DNA from: an uncultured Thermoplasmata archaeon
GTDB lineage: Archaea; Thermoplasmatota; Thermoplasmata; Lutacidiplasmatales; UBA184
NCBI GenBank assembly: GCA_963749235.1
Contig: CAVVLV010000001.1
Span: 1,147,039 to 1,211,038 of the forward strand
Length of the DNA: 64,000 bases
Direction: 5' to 3'
Under the pieces are notes generated by a model that was given only the letters and a program-made list of their open reading frames with translations, made no database searches and was not told where the DNA came from. Positions within the stretch are counted from its first letter, which is position 1. Each line of letters starts with the position of its first letter. Shown in pieces: positions 36,698-45,570 of the stretch. The translations under genes were made by a program, and so were the position numbers.

Positions 36698-37122
36698 GCC
36701 TCCTCCTTCGCGGGGGGCGTGGGCGATGGCGCGTCGAGCGGATCCTGGCCGGCGACCCGGCGGGCGGCCTCGCCCAGGTCCTCAACGATGCAGAACGAAA
36801 CGAGCTTGGAAAGCGGTCGGGTCTCGGCGATCCGGACGCGGTGTCCGACGGGCACGTGCAGGCAGGGGGGAGCATGCGCGAGGTAGCGGCGTCGTCGCTT
36901 CTCGTACCGTTCGTACTTCGGCACGAAATGGAGGAGCGTGCGTTCGACGACCGCGGTCCGTTGCATCCCGACCGAGACGACGGTCCCTTCGATGACCTGA
37001 CCGCGGACGGGAAGGCGGCCGTGGAAGGGGCAATGACGGTCGTCACACCGCGTCTTGGGGGCCCGGACGTCGAGACCGATGTCCCGCGCGCGGCGGGCGG
37101 ACGGCGTACGTGCTGGGCTCAT
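36694..37122 (-). CDS. rps17: 30S ribosomal protein S17 (uS17)
   Basis: 142-aa: [25 protein letters not shown]...[15 protein letters not shown]. Confidence 0.9.
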   Translation of the reverse strand: MSPARTPSARRARDIGLDVRAPKTRCDDRHCPFHGRLPVRGQVIEGTVVSVGMQRTAVVERTLLHFVPKYERYEKRRRRYLAHAPPCLHVPVGHRVRIAETRPLSKLVSFCIVEDLGEAARRVAGQDPLDAPSPTPPAKEEA

Positions 37123-37442
37123 CGGAACCTCCGAGGACCACCGGCCAAGACCCGCTTCGTGCGGTCCTCAGGGCGCACGCGAAGGGCCTCGCCACTTAAC
37201 GGTAACTCTCGCCCGCCGAGGAGAATCGTCCCCGACAGGGAGGACTTCGGGATCCGCACGACCCGCGCGCCGCCCGATTCCCGGACGTGGAGGAGCGAGA
37301 GCGTTTCGTCCACTACGATCCCGTCCACCGGTCGGCGGACGGCGGCGGAGGGCAGGATCCGCACGGGGGCACCCAGGATCTCGCCCGCGTAGGCGAGCCG
37401 GTCGGAGGGGGGAAGGTCGATGCCGGGTCCGGAGTGCGTCAT
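37119..37442 (-). CDS. rnp1: ribonuclease P protein component 1 (Rpp29/Pop4)
   Basis: 107-aa Sm-like fold protein in the conserved slot between rpl29 and rps17. Contains GAPVRILPSAAVRRPVDGIVVDETLSLLHV. Confidence 0.7.
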   Translation of the reverse strand: MTHSGPGIDLPPSDRLAYAGEILGAPVRILPSAAVRRPVDGIVVDETLSLLHVRESGGARVVRIPKSSLSGTILLGGRELPLSGEALRVRPEDRTKRVLAGGPRRFR

Positions 37443-37460
37443 CGTGGCCCGTTCCCCTGA

Positions 37461-37688
37461 TTACGCGCGGCGCTCGCCGCGCGCGGAGGCGATCTCGCGT
37501 TGCCGAAGTACCGTCAGGGAGCGAGCGACGTTGGTGCGCAGGGCCCGCATCCGCCCCGGGCTGGGCGGTGCGCCGCCCATCGCAGCGATGCCGCGCTCGC
37601 GCAGGAGATCGCTCTCGGTCTCCGCGATGCGTCGGTAGAGGTCCTCGTCGGTGAGGGCCCGCAGTTCCTTCATGCGCATGAGCGCCAT
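37461..37688 (-). CDS. rpl29: 50S ribosomal protein L29 (uL29)
   Basis: 75-aa: MKELRALTDEDLYRRIAETESDLLRER. Confidence 0.88.
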   Translation of the reverse strand: MALMRMKELRALTDEDLYRRIAETESDLLRERGIAAMGGAPPSPGRMRALRTNVARSLTVLRQREIASARGERRA

Positions 37689-38384
37689 CTAGACCTCCGG
37701 CGGCAGGGGGGGCTCGGGTAGGGCGCCCACGATGACGGCCTCTTCCTCGATCGGCGGGAGCTCGACCACCGGCGCCACGACGCGCGACTCGGCGCCCTTG
37801 ACGACGATCTCGTCGGGGAGCTTCGAGTTCGCCCGCATGATCCACACACTGACGCCGATGACGCCCGGCTTCAAGCGCGCCTGATAGAATCCCTTGTCCA
37901 CCCAGAGGTGGACGGCCTCGCCACAGTCCTTGATCGTCCCGGCCTTGAACCGCTCGGTCCGGTGCCGCTCGCCCGTGAGCTTGCCCGAGAGAATGACCTG
38001 GCAGCCTCGCGCGCCCGCCTCCATGATGCGGCGGACGGTCGAGTGGCCGGCCCGGCGGAAGTGCCAGCCCCGTTCGAGGGTGGACGCCAGCTTCTCGCTC
38101 ATCAGTTGGGCGTTCAGGCTCGGGGCGCGCTCTTCCTGCACCTCGATCTGGGGGTTGTCGAGCTGGAACCGCGCGTGGATGTCCTCGGTGAGCCGCTTGA
38201 TCAGCTCGCCCCGGTGACCGATCAGGATCCCGGGCCGTTCGCAGATGAGGGTGACCCGGGTGCCCATCGGAGTGCGGGTGATCTCGAGCCCTCCGAACCC
38301 GGCGCGGGCGCTCTCCTGGACGAGGAAGTCCTTGAGGAGCACGCGGCGGGTCGCTTCCTGGATGACCTTCCGTTCCGCGCTCAT
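37689..38384 (-). CDS. rps3: 30S ribosomal protein S3 (uS3)
   Basis: 231-aa with a KH domain: ITRTPMGTRVTLICERPGILIGHRG. Confidence 0.92.
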   Translation of the reverse strand: MSAERKVIQEATRRVLLKDFLVQESARAGFGGLEITRTPMGTRVTLICERPGILIGHRGELIKRLTEDIHARFQLDNPQIEVQEERAPSLNAQLMSEKLASTLERGWHFRRAGHSTVRRIMEAGARGCQVILSGKLTGERHRTERFKAGTIKDCGEAVHLWVDKGFYQARLKPGVIGVSVWIMRANSKLPDEIVVKGAESRVVAPVVELPPIEEEAVIVGALPEPPLPPEV

Positions 38385-38839
38385 TCCTTCTCCTTCCGTT
38401 CCGCGAGCACGATCTCGACGTTGGTCGTCTGCTCGTTCCAGGCGGTCGCGCGGCCGTGGGCCCGTGGCATGGACGCCTTTCGGATCCGGCCGCGGCCGCT
38501 CGCGGCGACCTTCACGAAGAGAGCGTCCGTGTCCAATCCTTCGTACTCCGCGTTCTCGCGCGCGTTCCGGAGGAGGGCGAGGACGTTCTTGGCGACCTTC
38601 TTCGGGTACCGGCCGGGGCCGATCCCCTTCTTGTGCGCCGTCTCCTGGTTGTAGCGACGGAAGGGGACGGCCCGACGGAGCTCGATGACCTCCTCGAGGA
38701 ACGTCTCGGCCCGGCCGACCGGGAGACCCCGGATCGCATTCAGGACCTCGTACGTCTTCTTCGGGGACATCGGGAGCTCGTTCCCCCGGGAGCGGGCGGT
38801 GGTGATGCCCGGTTCCGGTTGGTAGGTGTACCCTCGCAT
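38381..38839 (-). CDS. rpl22: 50S ribosomal protein L22 (uL22)
   Basis: 152-aa: SPKKTYEVLNAIRGLPVGRAETFLEEV. Confidence 0.9.
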   Translation of the reverse strand: MRGYTYQPEPGITTARSRGNELPMSPKKTYEVLNAIRGLPVGRAETFLEEVIELRRAVPFRRYNQETAHKKGIGPGRYPKKVAKNVLALLRNARENAEYEGLDTDALFVKVAASGRGRIRKASMPRAHGRATAWNEQTTNVEIVLAERKEKE

Positions 38840-38849
38840 CCGACCTCCC

Positions 38850-39276
38850 TCACTTCAACGGCATGAACTTGGACGAACGGGTCGCACCCACGCCGGGCCC
38901 CGAGTGCTTTTCGAATCGTCGGGTCAGGGCGAACTCCCCGTAGTAATGGCCGACCATCTCGGGACGGATCTCGACTTCCTTGAACTCCTTCCCCGTGTGG
39001 ATCGCGACCCGTCGGCCGACGTGCTCGGGAAGGATCGAGCGCGTCGCGGCAATGGGTGCGCACGACCTTGCCGGACGGCGTCTCGCGCATCCGCTCGAAG
39101 AAGCGGGTCGTCTCGGTGTTGAACCCGCGCCGGATGGAGCGGCGCGCCCGGGCGCCGACGATCTTCCCGAATTCGGCGAGGCTGAGCTTCTGGAGGTCGG
39201 GGAGGGTGAGCCCTCGGTACGTGAACTCCCGCTTCCGGCGGGCCTCGACCTTCTTGGTCCGTCGACCCTTCGGCAT
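38850..39276 (-). CDS. rps19: 30S ribosomal protein S19 (uS19), single-base insertion at ~39036
   Basis: [23 protein letters not shown]...VVRTHCRD is in one frame. [40 protein letters not shown]...SKFMPLK* is in the next. TAATG overlap with the rpl2 stop. Confidence 0.88.
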
Positions 39277-40004
39277 TAGCGACCCTTCTCCCGGTCCAGG
39301 CGCCGCTTCTTGCGGATGGAGCGCGAGAACCGACCGACCTTGGCGCCGGGCCACGTGCCGCTCGACACCGTGCTCGGACGACCGACGTGCTGGTGGGCGC
39401 CGCCTCCGAACGGGTGGTTGACGGGGTTCATCGCGACGCCCCGCACTTTGAAGGCCGCGCGGGCGAGCGAACGGGTCGCCCAGACCTTCTTGCCGGCCTT
39501 GATGATCGGGCGTTCCAATCGACCACTGCCGCCGACCGCGCCCACCTGGGCCCGGCACGTGTCGAGCAGCCGCTTGAAGTCCCCCGAGGGAAGCTGGACC
39601 GTCACTTCGTTGCCCGAGTGGGCGACGACCAGGGCGCCCGCGCCGGCGGAGCGAACGAGACGACCCCCGTCGAACGGCTTGACCTCGATGTTGGAGACCA
39701 GGGTGCCGTCGGGAATGCGGGAGAGGGCGAGGATGGAGCCGCGATCGACCTTCCCTTCATGGAAGGCGACCGTATCGCCCGTCGCGAGACCCGCGGACGC
39801 CAGGATTCGCACGGTCGTTCCGTCGGGAGCCGTGACCTCGGCGACCGGGGCGCTCCGACCGGGGGCCTGCTCGATCGAGATGACCTTGCCATCCCCGACC
39901 ATACTCGCCGCGGGGTGGTAGATCGGGCCGTGGTGACGGTGGCTCGGCGAGCGGTACGTCGGAGTGCCGGATCCGCGGCGCCGAGAGATGATGCGCTTAC
40001 CCAT
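39276..40004 (-). CDS. rpl2: 50S ribosomal protein L2 (uL2)
   Basis: 242-aa from MGKRIISRRRGSGTPTYRSPSHRH; contains MNPVNHPFGGG. Confidence 0.92.
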   Translation of the reverse strand: MGKRIISRRRGSGTPTYRSPSHRHHGPIYHPAASMVGDGKVISIEQAPGRSAPVAEVTAPDGTTVRILASAGLATGDTVAFHEGKVDRGSILALSRIPDGTLVSNIEVKPFDGGRLVRSAGAGALVVAHSGNEVTVQLPSGDFKRLLDTCRAQVGAVGGSGRLERPIIKAGKKVWATRSLARAAFKVRGVAMNPVNHPFGGGAHQHVGRPSTVSSGTWPGAKVGRFSRSIRKKRRLDREKGR

Positions 40005-40267
40005 TAGAATACTCCCGCCCGGCTCCCGATGTCCTCGGCCGAGAACTCCTTGCGGAACCGGACCGTCGCGATCTTTCCGACGCGGACGATCTTCGTGTTG
40101 ACCTTCTCGACGCGGCAGTTGTACGTCTCCTCGACCGCGCGCTTGATCTCGGCGCGGGAGGCCCGGTGGTCGACGACGAACTCGAGCTTGTTGAGTCGCT
40201 CCATCTCGTCCATCGACTTCTCCGTGACGTAGGCATGGAGGATGATGCGGTGACGGATCTGCGTCAT
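40004..40267 (-). CDS. rpl23: 50S ribosomal protein L23 (uL23)
   Basis: 87-aa from MTQIRHRIILHAYVTEKSMDEMERLNKLEFVV. Confidence 0.9.
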   Translation of the reverse strand: MTQIRHRIILHAYVTEKSMDEMERLNKLEFVVDHRASRAEIKRAVEETYNCRVEKVNTKIVRVGKIATVRFRKEFSAEDIGSRAGVF

Positions 40268-41079
40268 GTCGCGATCTCCCCGAGGCGCGCGCGGAGGAGT
40301 TCGACGGCGGCGTGCGAGAAGACCGTGAGCCGGCCGGCGTCCCCGCCGGGCGCAAGGTCCTCGGTCGCGAGCCGCTGGGCCGAGACGACCTCGACCCCCG
40401 TCAGGTTGCGGAATCCGCGCGCGAGTCCCGAATCGCTCGTCACGAACAGGAGGCTGCGGGGAACTCGGCGTCCCCGGCCCCGGCGTCGGGCGCGCCCGGA
40501 CTTCAACTGGATCCCATCGTGCGAGCGCTCGACATCCCACCAGAGCTCGAGCCGCTCCAGGAGCGCCCGGGCGTCCTTGGTGGTATGGATCTGTTCGACC
40601 GGGTCCTCGAGGATGACGGGGAGATGGAGGCCCTCGGGGACCGTGTGACCCCGCGCCTGGGCGAGCGAGGTCTCGCGGGTCGCGGCGAGCGCCGAGGCGA
40701 AGGCGAGGCTCGCCTCCTTGCGGTTCATCTTCTTGGTCCAGATCCGATCGGCTCGAGGCGGGTGCGCTTGCGCGCCCCCGACGGTGTTGGGGGCCTGGGC
40801 GCCGCGCATCGAGTCCATCAGGCGGGGCGACCGAGAGACGCCCTTGCCCTTCCCCGACCATTGGACGGAGTGGCGCCGACCGCCGTTGGGCGAAGTGCCG
40901 TAGGGCTGTCGGCGGTGGCTCTGGGCTGCGACGACCGCCCGCCGGATCAGGTCCGGTCGTACGGCCGTGGAAAAGGCAAGCGGAAGGGCGAGGGTCGAGC
41001 GCTCCTTGCCATCGAGACCGAGCAGGTGGCCGCGGTGGTGCGGCGCGTGCGCCTCGGGCGGGGGAGCGTCGGGCGTCAT
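40264..41079 (-). CDS. rpl4: 50S ribosomal protein L4 (uL4)
   Basis: 271-aa: QPYGTSPNGGRRHSVQWSGKGKGVSRSPR. Confidence 0.9.
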   Translation of the reverse strand: MTPDAPPPEAHAPHHRGHLLGLDGKERSTLALPLAFSTAVRPDLIRRAVVAAQSHRRQPYGTSPNGGRRHSVQWSGKGKGVSRSPRLMDSMRGAQAPNTVGGAQAHPPRADRIWTKKMNRKEASLAFASALAATRETSLAQARGHTVPEGLHLPVILEDPVEQIHTTKDARALLERLELWWDVERSHDGIQLKSGRARRRGRGRRVPRSLLFVTSDSGLARGFRNLTGVEVVSAQRLATEDLAPGGDAGRLTVFSHAAVELLRARLGEIAT

Positions 41080-42077
41080 CAGGATCCCTGCTTCGAGCGC
41101 GTGCTGAGGTAGCGAATGTCGACCTTCTCGACCGCGACGACGCGACTGCGGATCGGGGTACGGAATCGAAGCAGGCGCTTGGCCGGACCTGGGACGGAGC
41201 CGTGGAGGAGAATGCAGGCGGTGCGAACCTCGCCGTAGTGCGGAAAACCGCCGGTCGGCGTGATGGGGTCCGTGCGGGGGTCTTTCACCACGCGCAAGAC
41301 CCGCATGTTGAACTGGGTCCTTCGGTGGTATCCCTGCTGACCGGCCTGGGGGATGCGGTACGTGACAAAGCTCGGATTGTGGGGACCGAGCGTTCCGATC
41401 ATGCGGCGGTGTTTCGAGTTCTTTCGCGGCTGAAGCTTGACGCCCCAGCGCTGAATATGACCCTGGAAACCGAACCCCTTGGTGACGCCCAGAACGTCGA
41501 CGAACTCGCCTTCCTTGGCGAGCTCCTCGGCCGGGATCTCCTTCCCGAGCGCCGCGACGGCGAAGGCCCGCCGCTCCTCGAACTTCTCGCCCGATACGCG
41601 AATCTCGAACAACGACGGCGTCTTCGACCCGATCCCGGTGATCAGGTGCGGTTGGGTGTAGACCATGACCCGGACCTCGTCGCCCGGACTCTTGCTGAAC
41701 GTGTCGATCTGATCACCGGGACTGGCCGGGTGGGCGGGGAGGAGTCGGTCGAGCTCCTCGATGGGCGCGCCCCCCCAGATCTCGCTCACCACGCGCTGCC
41801 CGTAGGGGTGGCGGGCGTAGATACGGGCGCCGGCGATCCGGATCGGCGGGACCTCGATGACGGTGACGGGGACGGAGACCTCCTGACCGGCGGTGGTGGA
41901 GCGCTTACGATAATCCACCATGAACGCGTGCGTCATCCCGACCTTGTAACCGGCAAACCCCTCGATGGCGGGAGGTTTCGGGCCGGCGGCCCAGGAACGG
42001 ATCCGGGGGACCGGCCGGGCGGAACGGGAACGGGGCGAATAGGCGAGCGAACCTCGCCGTGGACGATGACGGGCCAT
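41079..42077 (-). CDS. rpl3: 50S ribosomal protein L3 (uL3)
   Basis: 332-aa: RRGSLAYSPRSRS...FAGYKVGMTH...TKGFGFQG. Confidence 0.92.
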   Translation of the reverse strand: MARHRPRRGSLAYSPRSRSARPVPRIRSWAAGPKPPAIEGFAGYKVGMTHAFMVDYRKRSTTAGQEVSVPVTVIEVPPIRIAGARIYARHPYGQRVVSEIWGGAPIEELDRLLPAHPASPGDQIDTFSKSPGDEVRVMVYTQPHLITGIGSKTPSLFEIRVSGEKFEERRAFAVAALGKEIPAEELAKEGEFVDVLGVTKGFGFQGHIQRWGVKLQPRKNSKHRRMIGTLGPHNPSFVTYRIPQAGQQGYHRRTQFNMRVLRVVKDPRTDPITPTGGFPHYGEVRTACILLHGSVPGPAKRLLRFRTPIRSRVVAVEKVDIRYLSTRSKQGS

Positions 42078-42127
42078 GAGACGATAGGGGGTCCTACCTC
42101 CGGTGGGGACGGGGGAGAAAGGTACCC

Positions 42128-42134
42128 TATATAA
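42128..42134 (-). promoter_or_regulatory. TATA box (minus-strand TTATATA) for the rpl3-led ribosomal protein operon
   Basis: AT-rich heptamer ~54 nt upstream of the rpl3 ATG, in an otherwise GC-rich spacer. Confidence 0.5.
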
Positions 42135-42387
42135 CGGCTCCTCGGAAATACGTCGATTCTTCGAGAGTGTAACGCTCCTGCACCGCCGAGCCGTGTGCCA
42201 CCGGCACGCGCCGGCTCGAACGCGCGCGTAGAGGAATTCCCCAACGCACGACGCCGCGGCGGAATCGAAACACGAACGACGAGAGCTCGCCCAAAACTCG
42301 ATTTCGATCCGCTCCGCAGGTGGCGGAGGCGGTAACCTCGGCGCTCTCTCCCCCGTAAATACTCCGCGCGTACTCTCCTACGTAGCG

Positions 42388-42879
42388 ATGGCGCGATCTC
42401 CCCCCGCCGCGGGTCCCGAGGTCGACTCCCCCGCCCGACTGTGGACGGCCCGGGAAGCGAACGCCCGCATCGCCGAGCTGGAGGAGCTTCTCCCCCGACT
42501 GCGCGCCTGGGCTCACCGTCTGGGCGAGGTCCACGCGGAGATCCACCGGCTGGTCGAGTTCTGGGGCGAAGAGGTCGACGCGCCGGACCATGCCGACCAC
42601 GAGCGCAAGACCCAGCTCGACACCGAATGGAAGCATCTCACGCACCGCCTCGAGGAGGCGGTCTCTTCGCTCCAACGGGATGGCATCGAGGTCAAGGACC
42701 TCGAGACGGGTCTCGTCGACTTCTACGGCCGGGTCGACGCGGAGGTCGTGTTCCTCTGCTGGCGCCACGGTGAGAGCGAAGTCGGATTCTATCATTCGTT
42801 GACCGGCGGTTATCGAACCCGCCGCCCGCTTTCCGAAGAGCGTCCGGTCTCCTCTGCTCGGTCGCACGAACCCCGTTAG
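42388..42879 (+). CDS. DUF2203 family protein
   Basis: 163-aa. N-terminal helical region, then GIEVKDLETGLVDFYGRVDAEVVFLCWRHGESEVGFYH, which I recognise as the DUF2203 pattern. Confidence 0.55.
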   Translation: MARSPPAAGPEVDSPARLWTAREANARIAELEELLPRLRAWAHRLGEVHAEIHRLVEFWGEEVDAPDHADHERKTQLDTEWKHLTHRLEEAVSSLQRDGIEVKDLETGLVDFYGRVDAEVVFLCWRHGESEVGFYHSLTGGYRTRRPLSEERPVSSARSHEPR

Positions 42880-43712
42880 CCCGGGTCCGGGCCGACCGAG
42901 TCCTCGAGCCGGCGCGCGCCGCGCGCGAACCGACCGAAATCGATCGGCTCGAGCCCCACCTCGCTGCGGAACTCGTTGACCGACGCCGGGGCGAACCCCG
43001 CGTAATGGTTGTTGAAGACCACGAACGTGTACTGCACGTCGGCCCGCCGCTCCTGAACTCGGCGGGCCCAGAGCGTCGTTTCTCGCGCGCGGTCGACGCG
43101 GACCTCGCCGTGCTGTTCCGCCGGGACGGTCTCGTGATCGCCGATGAAGCGGAGATACACGAAGTCGGAGGTCACCTCGGGGGGAATGTCGAGGTACGTC
43201 AGGTACGACCAGGCGAGCGCCACTTTCCGGTCGGCGAGCTCCCGGCGCACGCTGCTCCAGACCTCCCCCTGGTACCACGCCGCATCGCGCAGCTCGACGG
43301 CGTATGCGAGCGTGGGGTCCAAGGTCTCCAGGAGGGAGGTGAGGAACGGGCGGCCTCGGCCCGGGCGGAACCACGGGGGGAACTGGAGGAGGATCGGGCC
43401 GAGCTTCTCGCGAAGGGCCCGGGCGCTGGCCAGGAAGTTCTCCACCGCCGCGGGGTCCACGGGTGACTTGGGATCGAGCAGGTCGCGGGGAAACTTCAGC
43501 GTGAACCGAAACTCCTCCGGGGTCTTGCGTCGCCAGCTGTCGACCACCGCCCGCGCCGGGCTTCGGTAGTACGTCGAGTCGACCTCGACGGTGTCGAACA
43601 GCTTGGCGTACAGCCCGAGGCGTTCCCCGTCCGAGATCCCCTTCGGGTAGACCCGGCCCCACCACGCGTCGGAGGTCCACGAACAGCATCCGACCCGGAT
43701 CGGCGACGGCAC
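42876..43712 (-). CDS. DUF72 (UPF0759) family protein
   Basis: GTG at 43712 gives VPSPIRVGCCSWTSDAWWGRVYP..., the typical DUF72 N-terminus. Also contains LLQFPPWF and NNHYAG. Confidence 0.7.
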   Translation of the reverse strand: MPSPIRVGCCSWTSDAWWGRVYPKGISDGERLGLYAKLFDTVEVDSTYYRSPARAVVDSWRRKTPEEFRFTLKFPRDLLDPKSPVDPAAVENFLASARALREKLGPILLQFPPWFRPGRGRPFLTSLLETLDPTLAYAVELRDAAWYQGEVWSSVRRELADRKVALAWSYLTYLDIPPEVTSDFVYLRFIGDHETVPAEQHGEVRVDRARETTLWARRVQERRADVQYTFVVFNNHYAGFAPASVNEFRSEVGLEPIDFGRFARGARRLEDSVGPDPG

Positions 43713-43767
43713 GGCGTACCCCCAGCCGACCGGGTGTTTAGGTCTCTTCGTCCGAGCGGGGCGACCT

Positions 43768-44688
43768 TCAATCCGGGGCCGGGCCCGTCTGGGCCATCTG
43801 GACCGCCCGGATCGAAAGGGCAAACGCCCCGAGGATCGCGAGCGCGCCGGAGCCCTCGAGGAGGATCGGGAAGGCGCTCCCGAGGGAGAGGAAGGCGAGG
43901 GCGACCGGTGCGAACAGGCCCGCGCCTCCCGCCACGACGCCCACCGCGGGGCGGTCGGACCGGAGGGTCAGCGCCGCGGCGTACCCCGTCAACAGCGCGA
44001 CGAACCCGAGAATGACAACCCCGCCGCCGATCGCCGCGACGAACTGCTCCAGGTTCGGGTACGGCGTGAGCGCGACGGTGGAGCTGTTGGTCGCGCTGCC
44101 GGGGGTGAGCTGGACGATCATCCCCGAGTTCCCCGAAGAATACAGAGTGGAGACGAAGACGCCGACCGTGATGGGCGAGTACCCGGCGTCCGTGATCGTG
44201 AGAGCGACCCCGCCCGCCGGCAAACCCAGGAGCGAGAACGTTCCCCCCGACCCCACGATGGTGGTGAAGGTCGCGCCGGACTCCACGGTGGCCACCACTT
44301 GGGCCCCGCTCCCTGGCAAGATCCCGCCGGACGCGGGAGCCAACTGGACGGTCCCGCTGACCGAAAATTCGCCCGGCGCCGGCGCGAGAACGGCATAGTA
44401 CCCGAAGAGGGCGGCCAGGACGGCGGCCAGGATCGCCGTGCCGACCAGCGCGCCGGCGGCGAGGCGGCGCACCCGCCATCGCGGGATGCGGGGCGCCGGC
44501 AGCGCGCGGTAAAGACCCGGCATCACTTCCCAGCTGTAGAGCGGGGGCGGGTCGCGCGGGACGACGACCGGCACCGGGGCATGGCATTGCGCGCACGGAA
44601 ACCACTGGGTCGGCGGCGCCGGGGCGAGCAGCACGCGAAGCGGAGTGCCGCACGCGGGGCAGCGCACGGTCGTCGCCGGTCCGACCAT
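43768..44688 (-). CDS. hypothetical membrane protein: N-terminal zinc ribbon, one TM, carboxypeptidase-regulatory-like beta domain, C-terminal TM bundle
   Basis: 306-aa. CPACG...CAQCH motif. GTVQL...GTFSLLGLPAGGVALTITDAGY resembles CarboxypepD_reg. Hydrophobic C-terminus. Confidence 0.55.
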   Translation of the reverse strand: MVGPATTVRCPACGTPLRVLLAPAPPTQWFPCAQCHAPVPVVVPRDPPPLYSWEVMPGLYRALPAPRIPRWRVRRLAAGALVGTAILAAVLAALFGYYAVLAPAPGEFSVSGTVQLAPASGGILPGSGAQVVATVESGATFTTIVGSGGTFSLLGLPAGGVALTITDAGYSPITVGVFVSTLYSSGNSGMIVQLTPGSATNSSTVALTPYPNLEQFVAAIGGGVVILGFVALLTGYAAALTLRSDRPAVGVVAGGAGLFAPVALAFLSLGSAFPILLEGSGALAILGAFALSIRAVQMAQTGPAPD

Positions 44689-44721
44689 CGGGCCCGACCG
44701 AGCGGCCCCGGGGTCTTAGCC

Positions 44722-45321
44722 TTGCGGCGGGCCTTCGCGAAGGACCACTTCCGCGTGGTCGGCGTAGATGACGGGGCGTTCACTCGAGAGGACACGTGGG
44801 CGCCGGTCGCTGCGGTCGCCGTGGCCGCCCCGGACCGGGTGGAGGCGATGCGCGTCGGGCGGGTCCGGGTCGACGGGCGGGGGGCCGCGACCGAGATCGT
44901 GCGGCTGGTCCGCGCCACCGGCGGGCTCGAGGGGTTGCGCGCGGTCCTCCTCGACGGAGCGGTCGTCGGGGGGTTCAACGTGGTCGACCTGGACGCAGTC
45001 CACGCCGCCTTGGGCGTGCCGATCGTCGCCGTCACACGTCACCGCCCCGACTTTCCGGGGATCCTAGCCGCGCTGCGCAAATGGTTCCCGCGCGACGCGG
45101 CGGCCCGCTGGAAGCTCCTGCGTGCCCATCGGCTCTACGCACTTCCTTTCGCCGACCTCCCGCTCCTCGTCGCGACCGTGGGTTGCGGACGCGCGGACGC
45201 GGCCGTGCTCGTCCGTAAGACCACCGTGCGGGGACACGTCCCCGAGCCGATCCGCCTGGCCCACCTCGTTGCCTCGGCTGGACCGACCCCGGGCCCGTCG
45301 CCCCGAAAGAAGAATCCTTAA
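44722..45321 (+). CDS. DUF99 / UPF0215 family protein (endonuclease-V-like fold)
   Basis: TTG at 44722. FRVVGVDDGAF...VDGRGATEIV...AVLLDGAVVGGFNVVD...PIVAVTRHRPD matches the DUF99 pattern. Confidence 0.65.
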   Translation: MRRAFAKDHFRVVGVDDGAFTREDTWAPVAAVAVAAPDRVEAMRVGRVRVDGRGAATEIVRLVRATGGLEGLRAVLLDGAVVGGFNVVDLDAVHAALGVPIVAVTRHRPDFPGILAALRKWFPRDAAARWKLLRAHRLYALPFADLPLLVATVGCGRADAAVLVRKTTVRGHVPEPIRLAHLVASAGPTPGPSPRKKNP

Positions 45322-45346
45322 GGGGAACGGCCCCCGTCGGAGGTGC

Positions 45347-45453
45347 GGGCCTGTAGCTTAGCCCGGACGAAGCACTGGCCTTCTAAGCCAGCTAACTCGG
45401 GTTCAAAGGTCCGGGGCGAGCACCGCCCCGGACGGAGATTCCCGACAGGCCCG
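45347..45453 (+). tRNA. tRNA-Arg (anticodon UCU) with a 32-nt intron in the T-loop (45408-45439)
   Basis: Hand-folded cloverleaf. Acceptor GGGCCUG/CAGGCCC; U8; D arm GCUU-AGCCCGGACG-AAGC; anticodon arm CUGGC-CUUCUAA-GCCAG; variable loop CUAAC; T stem UCGGG/CCCGA; T-loop UUCAAA[intron]U; discriminator G. Confidence 0.85.
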
Positions 45454-45570
45454 CCCCCAGGGGGAGCCACATCCCGATTACCGAGCACCCACCGTTTCCT
45501 CACCCGGGGAGTTGGCCAACCCCGGGAAGTTCCTCGATCGGTCGGGGGGGCCGCTCGGCGTGAACCCGAG

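Noticed and set aside
42136-42352. RNase P RNA, SRP RNA, or a C/D or H/ACA guide RNA in the rpl3-upstream spacer.
   Set aside because: I could not find the conserved RNase P CR-I/CR-V sequences, the SRP helix-8 motifs, C (RUGAUGA)/D (CUGA) boxes, or an ACA box with a K-turn. Only generic inverted repeats are present, so it is reported as a low-interest observation.
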